Source: Klebsiella phage FKP3
Sequence record: PP895363.1
Length of the DNA: 64,000 bases
Direction: 5' to 3' (one strand)
A model generated the notes under the pieces. The model had not been told where the DNA came from and did no database searches. It was given only the letters and a program-made list of their open reading frames with translations. The position numbers and the translations under genes were made by a program. Positions 16,281-26,240 of this stretch are shown here, one piece after another (position 1 is the first letter of the stretch; every line of letters starts with the position of its first letter).

Positions 16281-17999
16281 CTATTTCACTTCAATCAAAT
16301 GATTCATAACCTCTTTATCCAGACGAGCACGGATATCGTTGAAATCTTCATCACGACCGTTCACCTGGGGAATTAATACATTCCCGTTACGGAAGATGGG
16401 TTGAAGCAGGTTATCTTCATCATTAATCTCTTCAAACGAGATGTTATCCACTTGATGCAGGATACCATCTTTACGAACAACCTTGATGAATCCTTTCGCA
16501 GAGCGTTTACTTGGGTCTGTTTTCGGTTCTTTGCTCACCATGATTTCGTAATCGTCAATGAAGCAGCCAGTCGCTTTCACAGCCATACCAAAGGTATCAC
16601 GAGTGTTAAACTGATAGGTGAAGCTACCAACGCCGAATACGATGTTTGAAGAAGCAAAACCCTTTTCTTTGAGACGTTTAAGAATTTCGATCTCACGCTC
16701 AACAGTGATAGAATCCCCGTAAATCATGCCGATGTGAGTATCCAGCACTTTATAGCCTTTGCTGTTCACTTCACCACCAAAGATTTCCCACAATACTTGG
16801 ATGGAACCTACAGCCTCATGGCGTGGAATCTGTTGACATTCTGCGTCAATAACCCAAGTCTGAGTCGTTAATGAATAACGGGGTTCAAAATAACCATTTT
16901 TTGTACTAACCAAAAGGTCTTCAACTTCATATGGTTTAATGTTTTCCAGTTCTTCTTCACTAACAATGTTGTATCCCGCAACTACTTTAACCGGATCACC
17001 AGAATCAGGACGAACAACCAAACGACCATTACGCATCATGATTTCTTCTTTCAGTTCCGGCAGAATACGAGTGAGCACAGCCCAGTAATCGTAAGAGTCT
17101 GCAACATAAGAGCAGAAACCTTCCGGCACAATGTCTCGGATGAAAGTCAGAAGGAATTCCTTCTCAGCCAGATAACGGAGGCCATCTACATCACCTGCTA
17201 AGTGAGGGAAATGCTCTTCCAGATCTTTTACGATACGACTGATATTGGTAGTTGCAACAGAGTGTTCAGAAGCAGGGATACTACCAGCTACAAACTGATC
17301 ATCATCAATACCATAGTATTCGTGGACAGCTTCAATACCCAAGATGTTATCTGTACCAGTGAACGACGCTAGGTGAGCGATGCCACTCTTATACCCGTCT
17401 TCTACGGTGGACAAACCACGCAGACTGAAATCATGACACTGGAAGTTAACGTGATCCACGTTGTCACAGGTTGCCAGGGCGTAGGACATTGCCACACGCT
17501 TATACTGGAACGCAGCGGTTGCGTTGGTGATCGTTTTCCAGCTTTCGGTTGACATAAGTGTTTCGATGTAGTTAGTCACCCAGAAGAATTTCTCTACGGT
17601 GTTATGGATGGTATACACCGGAATACCAATCGGTGACAGAATACCTTCCGGCAGAGCGCGGATTTCAACTGGCAGATAACCCAGATCGTGAAGTTCACCC
17701 CAACATTCTGCTGATGGTGCAGCAGCGCCAAGTGCGTTTTTGGACATACGAGCAAATTTCTTCACAGCAGCTCCACGCTTCATCTTGAAGAATTTCTTCC
17801 ACATTCCAACCATTGAGTCCATTACCATGCGGCGCAGACCCAAGACAATAACGCCACGAGCATTCTTATCAGCGTAATGAGCAAAGTTTTTGTCATTACG
17901 TGGTGTCAGGTTAGAGAAGATTAGCTTTGTGTTCTGGTTGTACATCGGCTTGTGACCAGGTTTATACCAATCAGCAGCGAACGGTGCAAAAATTTCCAT
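16281..17999 (-). CDS. nicotinamide phosphoribosyltransferase-family protein (Nampt/NadV-like; candidate Namat of the NARP1 pathway)
   Basis: 572 aa; N-terminal DWYKPGHKPMY resembles the Nampt TDSYKxxH motif; paired with a Prs-like gene. Confidence 0.6.
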   Translation of the reverse strand: MEIFAPFAADWYKPGHKPMYNQNTKLIFSNLTPRNDKNFAHYADKNARGVIVLGLRRMVMDSMVGMWKKFFKMKRGAAVKKFARMSKNALGAAAPSAECWGELHDLGYLPVEIRALPEGILSPIGIPVYTIHNTVEKFFWVTNYIETLMSTESWKTITNATAAFQYKRVAMSYALATCDNVDHVNFQCHDFSLRGLSTVEDGYKSGIAHLASFTGTDNILGIEAVHEYYGIDDDQFVAGSIPASEHSVATTNISRIVKDLEEHFPHLAGDVDGLRYLAEKEFLLTFIRDIVPEGFCSYVADSYDYWAVLTRILPELKEEIMMRNGRLVVRPDSGDPVKVVAGYNIVSEEELENIKPYEVEDLLVSTKNGYFEPRYSLTTQTWVIDAECQQIPRHEAVGSIQVLWEIFGGEVNSKGYKVLDTHIGMIYGDSITVEREIEILKRLKEKGFASSNIVFGVGSFTYQFNTRDTFGMAVKATGCFIDDYEIMVSKEPKTDPSKRSAKGFIKVVRKDGILHQVDNISFEEINDEDNLLQPIFRNGNVLIPQVNGRDEDFNDIRARLDKEVMNHLIEVK

Positions 18000-18067
18000 T
18001 TGTTTCTCCTTTCTCTTGTTTGTTTCGATGGGAGAAGATTAATTCATCCTCTCCATAAAGTCAACAA

Positions 18068-18643
18068 TTATTCGACAGAATCTTCAACTTTTATACGCAA
18101 GAATGTACAACCTCTATGTGATCTACGTTTACCCAAGCAAACATCACTAACCAATCTAAAATCGAAACCAGCTTCTTCCAGCTCTTTGTTACCATTGCAG
18201 ATATGAATTATTTCATTCTCTGCACTTATTACAAAAGTCGTGTATAAAAGTCTTGCAGCCTTTCTACCAGTATGGATTGTTTTTAAACCAGTATCTATGG
18301 CATGTTTCTGATTTTCTTGGTTCGTTGACCATTCTAAGTTGTCCTTATGATTGTTCTCCTTATTACCATCCTTATGATTAACCTGTCTTTTGTTCATGGG
18401 GTTTGGTACAAAAGCCTCGGCAACTAATCTGTGAACTCTAAAGCGCTTTGACTTTCTGTTTACTGACAAATAAACATTCAAATACCCATACTTATCTCTT
18501 GAAGGTTGTAAAACACAACCTGTGTAGAGCAGAGGTTTGCCAGTATCACTACGGTATACTATACGATCAAGAGAACGGATAGTACCGTCATCACCTACTT
18601 CGTAGAACCCCTCATAGCCGGGAATAGCAACAAATTCTGTCAT
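18068..18643 (-). CDS. HNH homing endonuclease (HNH_3/NUMOD) inserted between the Nampt-like and Prs-like genes
   Basis: HRLVAEAFVPNP...VNHKDGNKENNHKDNLEW; paralogous to the intron-borne HNH at 5962-6660. Confidence 0.65.
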   Translation of the reverse strand: MTEFVAIPGYEGFYEVGDDGTIRSLDRIVYRSDTGKPLLYTGCVLQPSRDKYGYLNVYLSVNRKSKRFRVHRLVAEAFVPNPMNKRQVNHKDGNKENNHKDNLEWSTNQENQKHAIDTGLKTIHTGRKAARLLYTTFVISAENEIIHICNGNKELEEAGFDFRLVSDVCLGKRRSHRGCTFLRIKVEDSVE

Positions 18644-19566
18644 TTAACTATTAACTTCTGTAGCATTTCTTGGTTCTCCACTAAAATACCTTTGGTATTA
18701 CGACCATGTATGTTATTTCCCCAAGCATTAAAACAATGAATGGAGTCTATGATGCCATCAAAAATATCTATTCCTTTACCAAAGATGCCGTGTGTCACAT
18801 ACAGTTCTACACGCCCTGCATTTCTCTCCTTAAGAAGTTTACCTAATGCAAGGAATGTTCCACCGTTATCACAAATATCGTCCACAATCATAAGGTTTGC
18901 ACCGTGGAAGTCTTGCACACTGATATCTGTGCGAATGATGTCTCCAGTCGCCGTATCACGAATCTTATCTGCACAATGTACAGGAAGCTCCATACGTTTA
19001 GCCAGTTTGAAGATTTTCTTCAACGCTCCACCATCTGGGCTAACCAACTCAAAATTCTCCATACGTAGTTTCCATTTTAAAACATGGAAAGCAATCTCAT
19101 CTTGAGAAATGGCATCCAGATTGGTAATCACTGCTGGTGTCACTTCACTGTGTGGGTCAGCCACCAATACACGAGAGAACTCCAAGATGTTTAGAAGACG
19201 AGCAAACGACTTAACACCAAACGCCTCACCTTTCTCGCAGTAACGATCTTGTCGTGCATACGGAACGTATAGGGAAAACAGTTCAATTGGTTTTGGATTG
19301 AATCGTAAGATTTCGTCCAAAGCATCCTTCACCATTACCACAGCCATAAAATCATCTGAGGAACGGATATCTTGGTGAACTTCTACTTTTTGAATAGTAG
19401 TTAAGTCAATGAAAGAATATTTGAAAGCCTCCATATCAATCTTCACATGCACTTCACCACCGGAGAAGGTGAACACCTTTACTGAAATATCATTATCGTG
19501 ACCCCACTGGTCAATAACATTAATCTTCATCTTCTTCCTCCGATTCTTCCATTGCTTCAATTTCAC
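18640..19566 (-). CDS. ribose-phosphate pyrophosphokinase-family protein (Prs-like; candidate Adps of NARP1)
   Basis: PYARQDR, VADPHSE and MIVDDICDNGGT motifs of PRPP synthetase. Confidence 0.6.
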   Translation of the reverse strand: MKLKQWKNRRKKMKINVIDQWGHDNDISVKVFTFSGGEVHVKIDMEAFKYSFIDLTTIQKVEVHQDIRSSDDFMAVVMVKDALDEILRFNPKPIELFSLYVPYARQDRYCEKGEAFGVKSFARLLNILEFSRVLVADPHSEVTPAVITNLDAISQDEIAFHVLKWKLRMENFELVSPDGGALKKIFKLAKRMELPVHCADKIRDTATGDIIRTDISVQDFHGANLMIVDDICDNGGTFLALGKLLKERNAGRVELYVTHGIFGKGIDIFDGIIDSIHCFNAWGNNIHGRNTKGILVENQEMLQKLIVK

Positions 19567-19771
19567 TCAGACGATCAAGGATTGCCTCAGCCTGTTCCCA
19601 GAAAGCATCATAGGCTCTACGCTCACGTGGGGATAGCTGTGAAGGTGTGAAATCATCTTCATACATCTTGTTGATGATATCTTGCATATCATTCGATGTG
19701 TTCTCGAACATACAATAACTCATGTTTGGCATATCTTTCTCCTTCTTTAGTTGATAGACGCTAGTGTACAT
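19520..19771 (-). CDS. hypothetical acidic protein, 83 aa
   Basis: First gene of the minus-strand operon, next to the divergent AT-rich region. Confidence 0.3.
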   Translation of the reverse strand: MYTSVYQLKKEKDMPNMSYCMFENTSNDMQDIINKMYEDDFTPSQLSPRERRAYDAFWEQAEAILDRLSEIEAMEESEEEDED

Positions 19772-19779
19772 AGCTAGAC

Positions 19780-20020
19780 ACCATAGGTCAATAGTTATTT
19801 ATAAATTAATAATTAATTAATAGTAAATTAATTATTGATTATATAATCTACTTATACTATAGTACTGTCATTGAGTAACATAACAGATCTATGATACTCT
19901 GTACAATACATATAGTATATACACATAACAAACACTAGAATCTCCCCTCGCTTCGCTCGGCGAACTTCGTGTTTAGGGTAGCATATATAAAAACAAAAGT
20001 CAATACTGCAAAGGAGAAAA
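19780..20020. promoter_or_regulatory. AT-rich divergent intergenic region with TAATTAA-type repeats (likely divergent promoters)
   Basis: taaattaataattaattaatagtaaattaattattgattatataatc; separates the minus-strand and plus-strand gene blocks. Confidence 0.35.
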
Positions 20021-20161
20021 ATGAAAATTAATTTAGACCAAGTAAAAGACCTCACACCTAAGTATAAGAGAGGTGGTGCATCACGCCGTAGAACGCTCCG
20101 TGAGGGCATTGACAAGCCACGGCTAGTGGTTTATCATCCAGAGAAAGAAAACGGCTCATAA
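20021..20161 (+). CDS. small basic protein, 46 aa
   Basis: SD AAAGGAGAAAA-ATG; MKINLDQVKDLTPKYKRGGASRRRTLREG... Confidence 0.35.
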   Translation: MKINLDQVKDLTPKYKRGGASRRRTLREGIDKPRLVVYHPEKENGS

Positions 20162-20179
20162 CGCGATACAGGAGGTCTG

Positions 20180-20482
20180 ATGGACTTTACACATACAACT
20201 TTGATAGGAGAGCTTCGCGGATTCTATAACGGTGAAGCTTTCTGTGCTGCTTTCCATGACGATGATATGTCGGTGGAATGGAAGCAATTGGAGTTTATCT
20301 TAGAAAAAGCAAATACAATGCTTGACTTCGACCACGTAGAGTGGTACGTTGGTAACTCTGTTAAGGTAGTTGGTTTGGATCGTAATCAGATCATCGACCT
20401 TGATTGCAAATTAATCAACTTCCAATTTGGGAACAAAATTCCCTTGGAACGACAACTACAACTTGTTTGTGAGGAGAAATGA
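20180..20482 (+). CDS. hypothetical protein, 100 aa
   Basis: ORF with SD CAGGAGG. Confidence 0.35.
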   Translation: MDFTHTTLIGELRGFYNGEAFCAAFHDDDMSVEWKQLEFILEKANTMLDFDHVEWYVGNSVKVVGLDRNQIIDLDCKLINFQFGNKIPLERQLQLVCEEK

Positions 20483-20700
20483 TGAGCGAATATGAAAAAG
20501 GTGTATGGTATAGTTGGGGTATCGATGGTGATAAAGAACCTTATTTCCCAGTACCAGAAGGTACGTTAGTATCCGTGATCCATCGAGACGGACAATTATT
20601 TACCAATGTGCGTACAGGCAGGGATGAGGCAGAAGAATGGTGGATTGATGAAAATAATCCTTGGCCTGGTGATATCATGTCTTTCCTAGTGGAGGAATAA
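20479..20700 (+). CDS. hypothetical protein, 73 aa
   Basis: ATGA-overlapped with the upstream ORF. Confidence 0.35.
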   Translation: MMSEYEKGVWYSWGIDGDKEPYFPVPEGTLVSVIHRDGQLFTNVRTGRDEAEEWWIDENNPWPGDIMSFLVEE

Positions 20701-20701
20701 T

Positions 20702-20887
20702 ATGGCTCCTATTTATCGTGTGACATTAGGGGGTATTCATGATGTTAAACAAACACACAACTATGCAGAGGCCAAAGAACATTTTCTTATTTGGGTTGCT
20801 GAGTTGATTGAGTGGGGTGAAGTGACATATAATAGTGTTACTCTCACAGCAGATCATGTTCCTGTTTTGGAGTATATGCGAAAATGA
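20702..20887 (+). CDS. hypothetical protein, 61 aa
   Basis: Tightly packed ORF. Confidence 0.3.
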   Translation: MAPIYRVTLGGIHDVKQTHNYAEAKEHFLIWVAELIEWGEVTYNSVTLTADHVPVLEYMRK

Positions 20888-21123
20888 GTAAATTTCCGCT
20901 TACAGGTGTTATCTACTCTTGTGTGGGTAAAGGTGGATTGTATTCAGTGGTTAGTTTCCCTTCCCCTGCTGGCGTATCCAAGGTGTTTGATCCTATTGTA
21001 ATCTACGAAGACCTTCATAGTGGTACACAATACTGGCGTTTCCAGGGAGACTTCTTAGATCGTATGGAGGTGGTGAGTGGCGAAAACACCGAAGAAGCAA
21101 TCCGCTCGAAAACCCGCTACTAA
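20884..21123 (+). CDS. hypothetical protein, 79 aa
   Basis: ATGA overlap. Confidence 0.3.
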   Translation: MSKFPLTGVIYSCVGKGGLYSVVSFPSPAGVSKVFDPIVIYEDLHSGTQYWRFQGDFLDRMEVVSGENTEEAIRSKTRY

Positions 21124-21400
21124 GCGAGCATCACCATCTGCACCGAAACCTAAGTTTGACACGGAGGCATTTGTCTTTGACACACCGATTGAGAAGATTG
21201 AAGAGGCGCTCCAACGCTTTGAAGAGCAGGAGGCAGATCCTATGGCTGAACCTCTCACGCAGGATCAACTCTACTGGTGGGGATGGTGGGAATTGCACAT
21301 GCCAGAGGCAAAAAGACGTGGCATGACTACAGTTCCAATCTGTGCGAAAGAATCTGCGGTATTGGGACTTTATGAGAAACCGAGAGGCAGGAAGAAATGA
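21077..21400 (+). CDS. hypothetical basic protein, 107 aa (GTG start)
   Basis: GTG start preceded by GGAGGTG; N-terminus Lys/Ala/Pro-rich. Confidence 0.3.
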   Translation: MAKTPKKQSARKPATKRASPSAPKPKFDTEAFVFDTPIEKIEEALQRFEEQEADPMAEPLTQDQLYWWGWWELHMPEAKRRGMTTVPICAKESAVLGLYEKPRGRKK

Positions 21401-22068
21401 GGCTAGTTCATGGCATAGGTATAAATGATGCAGATCATAGAATAACCGTAAATGAGATGATAGGTGGCAAATTAAAACAAACTTGGATTTGTCCTTACTA
21501 CTCAACTTGGAAAGGTATTTTAATGCGCACAAAAGAATCATTTTGGTTAAAGAATCCTACCTATCATGGGTGTAAAATAAATAAAGACTGGTTAAGATTT
21601 TCTAACTTCGAAACCTGGCTAAAGGAACAACCTAGCCATGCCGAGTGGTTAGCCAATCCTAAAGATTGGGCGGTGGATAAAGATTTTGTATTCCCTGGAA
21701 ATAAGACTTATTCCGCAGAAACTTGTTGCCTTTTGCCGCGCTATGTGAATAATGCACTCTTAGATAGTTCCTCTATTCGTGGAGAGTATCCGCTTGGTGT
21801 TTCTTATCACAAGCAACATAAAAAATTATACAGCTCTATAAAGATAGAGGGTAAACAACATTTCCTTGGCTTACATTCTGATACTAAAGAAGCTCATAAG
21901 GCTTGGCAAGTAGCTAAGATAGACGCGCTGAAAGGTATCCTTACAAGATACAGAAAGGAGAATCATTATGATACTCGTATTTGTCTAAGATTGTTGGATG
22001 AAATTTACTTAATTGAAGAGGATGTTAAGAATGCAAGAGAAACAAAAAGGTTTGGTCGTATGGCTTGA
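21397..22068 (+). CDS. AP2-domain DNA-binding protein (homing-endonuclease-associated type), paralogue of 54778-55428
   Basis: PLGVSYHKQHKKLYSSIKIEGKQHFLGLHSDTKEAHKAWQVAK is an AP2-like fold; CxYxxW...NPTYxxC...WLRFSNF is shared with the paralogue. Confidence 0.45.
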   Translation: MRLVHGIGINDADHRITVNEMIGGKLKQTWICPYYSTWKGILMRTKESFWLKNPTYHGCKINKDWLRFSNFETWLKEQPSHAEWLANPKDWAVDKDFVFPGNKTYSAETCCLLPRYVNNALLDSSSIRGEYPLGVSYHKQHKKLYSSIKIEGKQHFLGLHSDTKEAHKAWQVAKIDALKGILTRYRKENHYDTRICLRLLDEIYLIEEDVKNARETKRFGRMA

Positions 22069-22393
22069 TGATTTACGTGATCCTAAAGACTACGGCTACC
22101 CAGAGGCTATCTGGGTTAAATCCGCACAAGAGATCTGGAGCTTGTATCTCACTCTTCAGGTGAGGAGCATGACGAACGAAGTGACAGAAATGCACTTTGA
22201 TAATGACCTCGGTACTGGAGCAGATGGGTATTACGTATTCACCAGACTGGAGAGCATGATTGCTGCGGGAGGTTTTAAAGGTTTGCAGACCATCTATGTG
22301 CATACATCCAATCCGGCGGCTGCACAGAAGTTCATGCTGGCAAAGGAGCATCTTGCTAGTTACGGTATCGAACTGATTCGTAAACACTATTGA
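22031..22393 (+). CDS. hypothetical protein (about 120 aa)
   Basis: ORF 22013..22393 in the track; the internal ATG at 22031 avoids the overlap. Confidence 0.3.
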   Translation: MQEKQKGLVVWLDDLRDPKDYGYPEAIWVKSAQEIWSLYLTLQVRSMTNEVTEMHFDNDLGTGADGYYVFTRLESMIAAGGFKGLQTIYVHTSNPAAAQKFMLAKEHLASYGIELIRKHY

Positions 22394-22403
22394 GGAACCA
22401 AAC

Positions 22404-22535
22404 ATGTACGTTATCTGGGTAGATGAAGGTGATGGGTGGTATATCTATAAAGAAACAAATCATTGGCCTGATGTGCAGAAAGCCCTTGACTGTTTCGATT
22501 ATTGTTACTATGATTCACACTTTGAAGACGAATAG
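22404..22535 (+). CDS. small hypothetical protein, 43 aa
   Basis: SD AGGAACCAAAC-ATG. Confidence 0.25.
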   Translation: MYVIWVDEGDGWYIYKETNHWPDVQKALDCFDYCYYDSHFEDE

Positions 22536-22549
22536 ACAGGAGAAATAAC

Positions 22550-22717
22550 ATGTGGAATAAACCAGCACAAGGTCAACTTCCTTACCCACATCAGGTGGTG
22601 ATTGCCATTACACCAGAAGGAAAAGAAGCGGAGATGTATCGTATTGGTAATCTTTGGTTCCCTGTCGGTGACACATGTTATGTCTACTGGACACCTGAAA
22701 TGTGGAGGGCTAAGTGA
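22550..22717 (+). CDS. small hypothetical protein, 55 aa
   Basis: SD AGGAGAAATAAC-ATG. Confidence 0.3.
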   Translation: MWNKPAQGQLPYPHQVVIAITPEGKEAEMYRIGNLWFPVGDTCYVYWTPEMWRAK

Positions 22718-23064
22718 AGGATAATATTTGCTACCAACATCTCTATTGGATACATGATGAAGAGACTTACACACAACGTGTCATTGTATGTGCGGCTAAC
22801 AAATACACCCTGACAACTGGGGAAGAACTGGTCGTACCATGTGTCAGACACGCAAATCCGGTATTATCACAACAGATAAAGGTGTTGATGGATACTGGAT
22901 TGTTGGCTAAGTCCTATTGTCATCCAGATGATCAAGGGTTTATTGACCAATACTATAATTGGTGGAATCGTGCAGATGCATTTATTATTGCAGATCATGC
23001 TAATCAAATTGATTATGACAGAAATGGTCATTATCGTGAGTTATTTAGTGAGGGGCTATATTAA
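22714..23064 (+). CDS. hypothetical protein, 116 aa
   Basis: ATGA overlap. Confidence 0.3.
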   Translation: MKDNICYQHLYWIHDEETYTQRVIVCAANKYTLTTGEELVVPCVRHANPVLSQQIKVLMDTGLLAKSYCHPDDQGFIDQYYNWWNRADAFIIADHANQIDYDRNGHYRELFSEGLY

Positions 23065-23555
23065 TGAGAGATATTCTTACAGAACTTGGAGTAAACCACT
23101 GTAGTCATAAGCTTGAAGATGACTGGTTAGATTTTTATGCTCTTAATTACGCTCAAGCACGTAAGAGCTTTAGTGAAGCTTTATCTCATGTTCAAGAATT
23201 ATTTGATGTAAAAGAAGATGAGGTATTGGCTAAAACATACACAATCAGTTCTTATGATTACACTAACCCTGAGTTTATGTTAAAATTTTGGAGAGATGTT
23301 AATCAGTTCATTAAAGAAAATACATCAAAGGATTGGAGTTTTTCCTGTATTACTGTTGAAGATACTGAAAAATTCCTAGACCAATATGATGACTTTGGTG
23401 AAGATTGTAAAGAAATTAGTGTTTATGCTTATGTTAAAAGCTTTGACCAGTTTACATCACAAGAGCAAAAAGATGCAATCAATACAATGAGGTATTATGA
23501 GATGAAGCTGAAAGAAGCAAAAGAAAATTTAGATCGCTATAAAAAAGGTGTTTAA
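23064..23555 (+). CDS. hypothetical protein, 163 aa
   Basis: ORF. Confidence 0.3.
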   Translation: MRDILTELGVNHCSHKLEDDWLDFYALNYAQARKSFSEALSHVQELFDVKEDEVLAKTYTISSYDYTNPEFMLKFWRDVNQFIKENTSKDWSFSCITVEDTEKFLDQYDDFGEDCKEISVYAYVKSFDQFTSQEQKDAINTMRYYEMKLKEAKENLDRYKKGV

Positions 23556-24105
23556 CATGTATTTAACTTCAGACCTGCATTTCATGCATAAACGTATTAG
23601 GGAGTTTGCTCCTAGTTTTAGACCGTGGGAAACTCTGGAAGAAATGACAGAGGCTCTTATTACAGCTTGGAACGAAAAAGCAAAAACACCGGGCACAAAA
23701 ATGTATCATCTTGGGGATTTCTGTTTTAGTACGCCAGAAGAAACAGATTTCATTGCTTCCCGTTTAAACGGCGACATTACCTTCATCGTTGGGAACCATG
23801 ACTACTCAAAACACCGCGAAGTTCTTGAAAAGTATGGTGAAGTGAAGTATTATGAAGAGGTGAAGTATAAAAAGAAATTTTTTGTTCTTTTTCACTATCC
23901 TGTTGCATCATGGAATAAACAAGGCCGTGGTTCATTTCATTTACATGGCCACTCACATGGTAGTTTCCCGGATGAAGCTTACGGTAGGATGTTAGATGTT
24001 GGTTGGGATGCTCACGGAAAGATCTTGCATTTTGACGAAGTGATTGAAATTCTAGAGGGTAGGGAAGTTAAGGTCATTGACCATCATAAGATTATTAAGG
24101 GATAA
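23548..24105 (+). CDS. calcineurin-like metallophosphoesterase (possible 2',3'/3'-phosphatase of an RNA-repair set)
   Basis: GDFCF...GNHDY...GHSHG phosphoesterase motifs; immediately upstream of the RNA ligase and kinase genes. Confidence 0.45.
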   Translation: MFNMYLTSDLHFMHKRIREFAPSFRPWETLEEMTEALITAWNEKAKTPGTKMYHLGDFCFSTPEETDFIASRLNGDITFIVGNHDYSKHREVLEKYGEVKYYEEVKYKKKFFVLFHYPVASWNKQGRGSFHLHGHSHGSFPDEAYGRMLDVGWDAHGKILHFDEVIEILEGREVKVIDHHKIIKG

Positions 24106-24322
24106 TATGAAGTATATTACAGCGTTGCTCCTACTCATATCTTTCCAAGTTTTAGCAGATGAAAACTCTAAAGATGTATTTTTGTTTATACCTAAAACTG
24201 ATGAAATCTTTGAGGTTAAAACTTACGATGGAAAACAGTTATGGTGTTATGTCTCTGATAAGTTAATCACGAGATTGACTATAAAATGTTTTGATAAAAA
24301 CTTTGATAAGGAAAGGAAATGA
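24077..24322 (+). CDS. small secreted/membrane protein
   Basis: MKYITALLLLISFQVLADE signal-like N-terminus. Confidence 0.3.
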   Translation: MTIIRLLRDNMKYITALLLLISFQVLADENSKDVFLFIPKTDEIFEVKTYDGKQLWCYVSDKLITRLTIKCFDKNFDKERK

Positions 24323-25242
24323 AATTTAATGTCGATGACTTGGTAGCTAAAAAGTTAGTCACGAAAAAGACTTATACCGAAGGCCCGTTCGCGGGTCTGT
24401 CTGTGCTGAAGTATAAGAACAATGTGTTCTGGGATAACCTCTGGCATACAGATCCTCGTCTACTGGAATGCCGTGGGATGGTTGTTGATGCAGAAGATAA
24501 CGTTGTGATCTGGCCTTTCACAAAGATTTTCAACCGTTTTGAGAATGGAACAAACTTACCACTTGATCAGCAGGTTGTGTGCGTTCGTAAAGTTAATGGC
24601 TTTATGGCAACTGCTGCGGTACGTGGTGAAAAACTTCTTGTGTCAACAACAGGAACCTTGGATTCCGAGTTCTCCACTCTTGCACGGAAACATCTTGACG
24701 AACTTAAGTTTGACCGTGTGGCGTTTCCAGAGAATTTCACATTTATCTTTGAAATCTGTGATAGGAGTGATCCGCACATCGTAGCTGAGGAAGAAGGGGC
24801 ATATCTTATTGGTGTCCGTGACCTTGCTTTGAACGGTGTTATGGTGGAAGAACATAAGCTTGATCGTATTGCTGAGGTTATTGGCGCAAAGCGACCTACA
24901 TGGGGTGTTGTTCCTTTTGGTGATGTGGTCTATAATGTCCAGCATGTCCAGCATGAGGGTTATGTCATCCGTAATATCGGAACAGATGAAGAAAACAGCG
25001 AACTTCTTATGAAAATCAAATCTCCACATTACTTGGCGAAAAAATTCCTGATGCGCGGAGGGGATAATAAATGGGATATGATTTGGGATAATCCACAAGA
25101 AGCAAGGAAACGTATTGACGAGGAATACTATTCACTGTTAGAGTGGCTACGTTTCGCTTTTGAAAAAGAAGAATGGAAATCTTTAGATTCCCAAGCCCGA
25201 AGAGAGAAAATCGAAACTTACTTTGAGAGAGGAGAAGGATGA
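24319..25242 (+). CDS. RNA ligase-like nucleotidyltransferase (putative)
   Basis: 307 aa; KVNGF nucleotidyltransferase motif I-like; followed by a P-loop kinase, as in T4 rnlA/pseT. Confidence 0.4.
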   Translation: MKFNVDDLVAKKLVTKKTYTEGPFAGLSVLKYKNNVFWDNLWHTDPRLLECRGMVVDAEDNVVIWPFTKIFNRFENGTNLPLDQQVVCVRKVNGFMATAAVRGEKLLVSTTGTLDSEFSTLARKHLDELKFDRVAFPENFTFIFEICDRSDPHIVAEEEGAYLIGVRDLALNGVMVEEHKLDRIAEVIGAKRPTWGVVPFGDVVYNVQHVQHEGYVIRNIGTDEENSELLMKIKSPHYLAKKFLMRGGDNKWDMIWDNPQEARKRIDEEYYSLLEWLRFAFEKEEWKSLDSQARREKIETYFERGEG

Positions 25243-25643
25243 AAACACTTATTATTTTACGTGGTGTGTCTGGTGCTGGTAAGTCCACAGTGGCAGATAT
25301 GTTGGCAGAAGATTTGTGGCCTATCTGTGAAGCAGACAAATTTCATTACACTCAGGATGGTGTTTACGATTGGAAACCTGAGAATGTTCATGCAGCACAT
25401 AAATGGTGCCAAGATAAGGTAAAGGAGGCGATGGAACAGGGTTTACTTAAGATTATCGTATCGAATACATCCACCACGCAGAAAGAACTTGCTCCTTATC
25501 AGGATTTAGCAGAAGAGTACGAATATCAGGTGGTAAGCTTAGTTGTAGAAAACCGTCATGGGAATAACTCTATCCATAATGTTCCACAGAATATTCGTGA
25601 TGCTCAAGAAAAACGTTTACGTGATTCCTTAAAATTACAGTAG
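25239..25643 (+). CDS. P-loop polynucleotide kinase-like protein
   Basis: LRGVSGAGKST Walker A; 134 aa. Confidence 0.45.
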   Translation: MKTLIILRGVSGAGKSTVADMLAEDLWPICEADKFHYTQDGVYDWKPENVHAAHKWCQDKVKEAMEQGLLKIIVSNTSTTQKELAPYQDLAEEYEYQVVSLVVENRHGNNSIHNVPQNIRDAQEKRLRDSLKLQ

Positions 25644-25654
25644 GAGGAATAATA

Positions 25655-25816
25655 ATGGTAACAACGTATGTATTGTTTGCAATTTTCTATTCTGGTAATG
25701 GTAATTCAACTTATCAGGCAGATTTTAACTCGCAAGGGGCTTGCATTATGGCGTTAGAGGAAGGCAAGCGTGAAAGGGTTTTTGATAATGGTATGTGTGT
25801 GCCGAAGGGGTGAGAA
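25655..25816 (+). CDS. small membrane protein, 53 aa
   Basis: SD GGAGGAATAATA-ATG; hydrophobic N-terminus. Confidence 0.25.
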
Positions 25817-26058
25817 TGAATATTCCAGATGATTTTTATACCCACGAGAACTCGTGGAGAAAGGCTCTTGAACGTCTTATCGAACTGGAGCCTGTAACTG
25901 GTGAACCTGATGAAGATAACCGTGGGTTTTGGGAACATGAATTACGTGCATTCAATCACGCTTATGAGCAACTTCATAAGGGTTGTCCCCATGATGGTGC
26001 TACCTACTATGATATGAGTGGGCGTGAACGCTGTGGAATGTGTGGAGGTGATATTTGA
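25795..26058 (+). CDS. hypothetical protein, 87 aa
   Basis: ORF; C-terminal CGMCGG. Confidence 0.3.
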   Translation: MCAEGVRMNIPDDFYTHENSWRKALERLIELEPVTGEPDEDNRGFWEHELRAFNHAYEQLHKGCPHDGATYYDMSGRERCGMCGGDI

Positions 26059-26240
26059 GAAAACTTATTGTACCGTGGCTCTATTGCCCTTGTGGGAGCA
26101 GTAAGATTGAAGTAGAGACTGAAAAAGGTGATGAGTTATACCTCTATTATGGCGACAAAGTGAAATGCCTTGTTTGCGGAAATGAAGGTGAAATTGAAAC
26201 AGATGATTGCTGCGCGTATGCAGTGTGGGAGGATGAATGA
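26055..26240 (+). CDS. Zn-ribbon protein, 61 aa
   Basis: CPCG...CLVCG cysteine pairs. Confidence 0.3.
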   Translation: MRKLIVPWLYCPCGSSKIEVETEKGDELYLYYGDKVKCLVCGNEGEIETDDCCAYAVWEDE

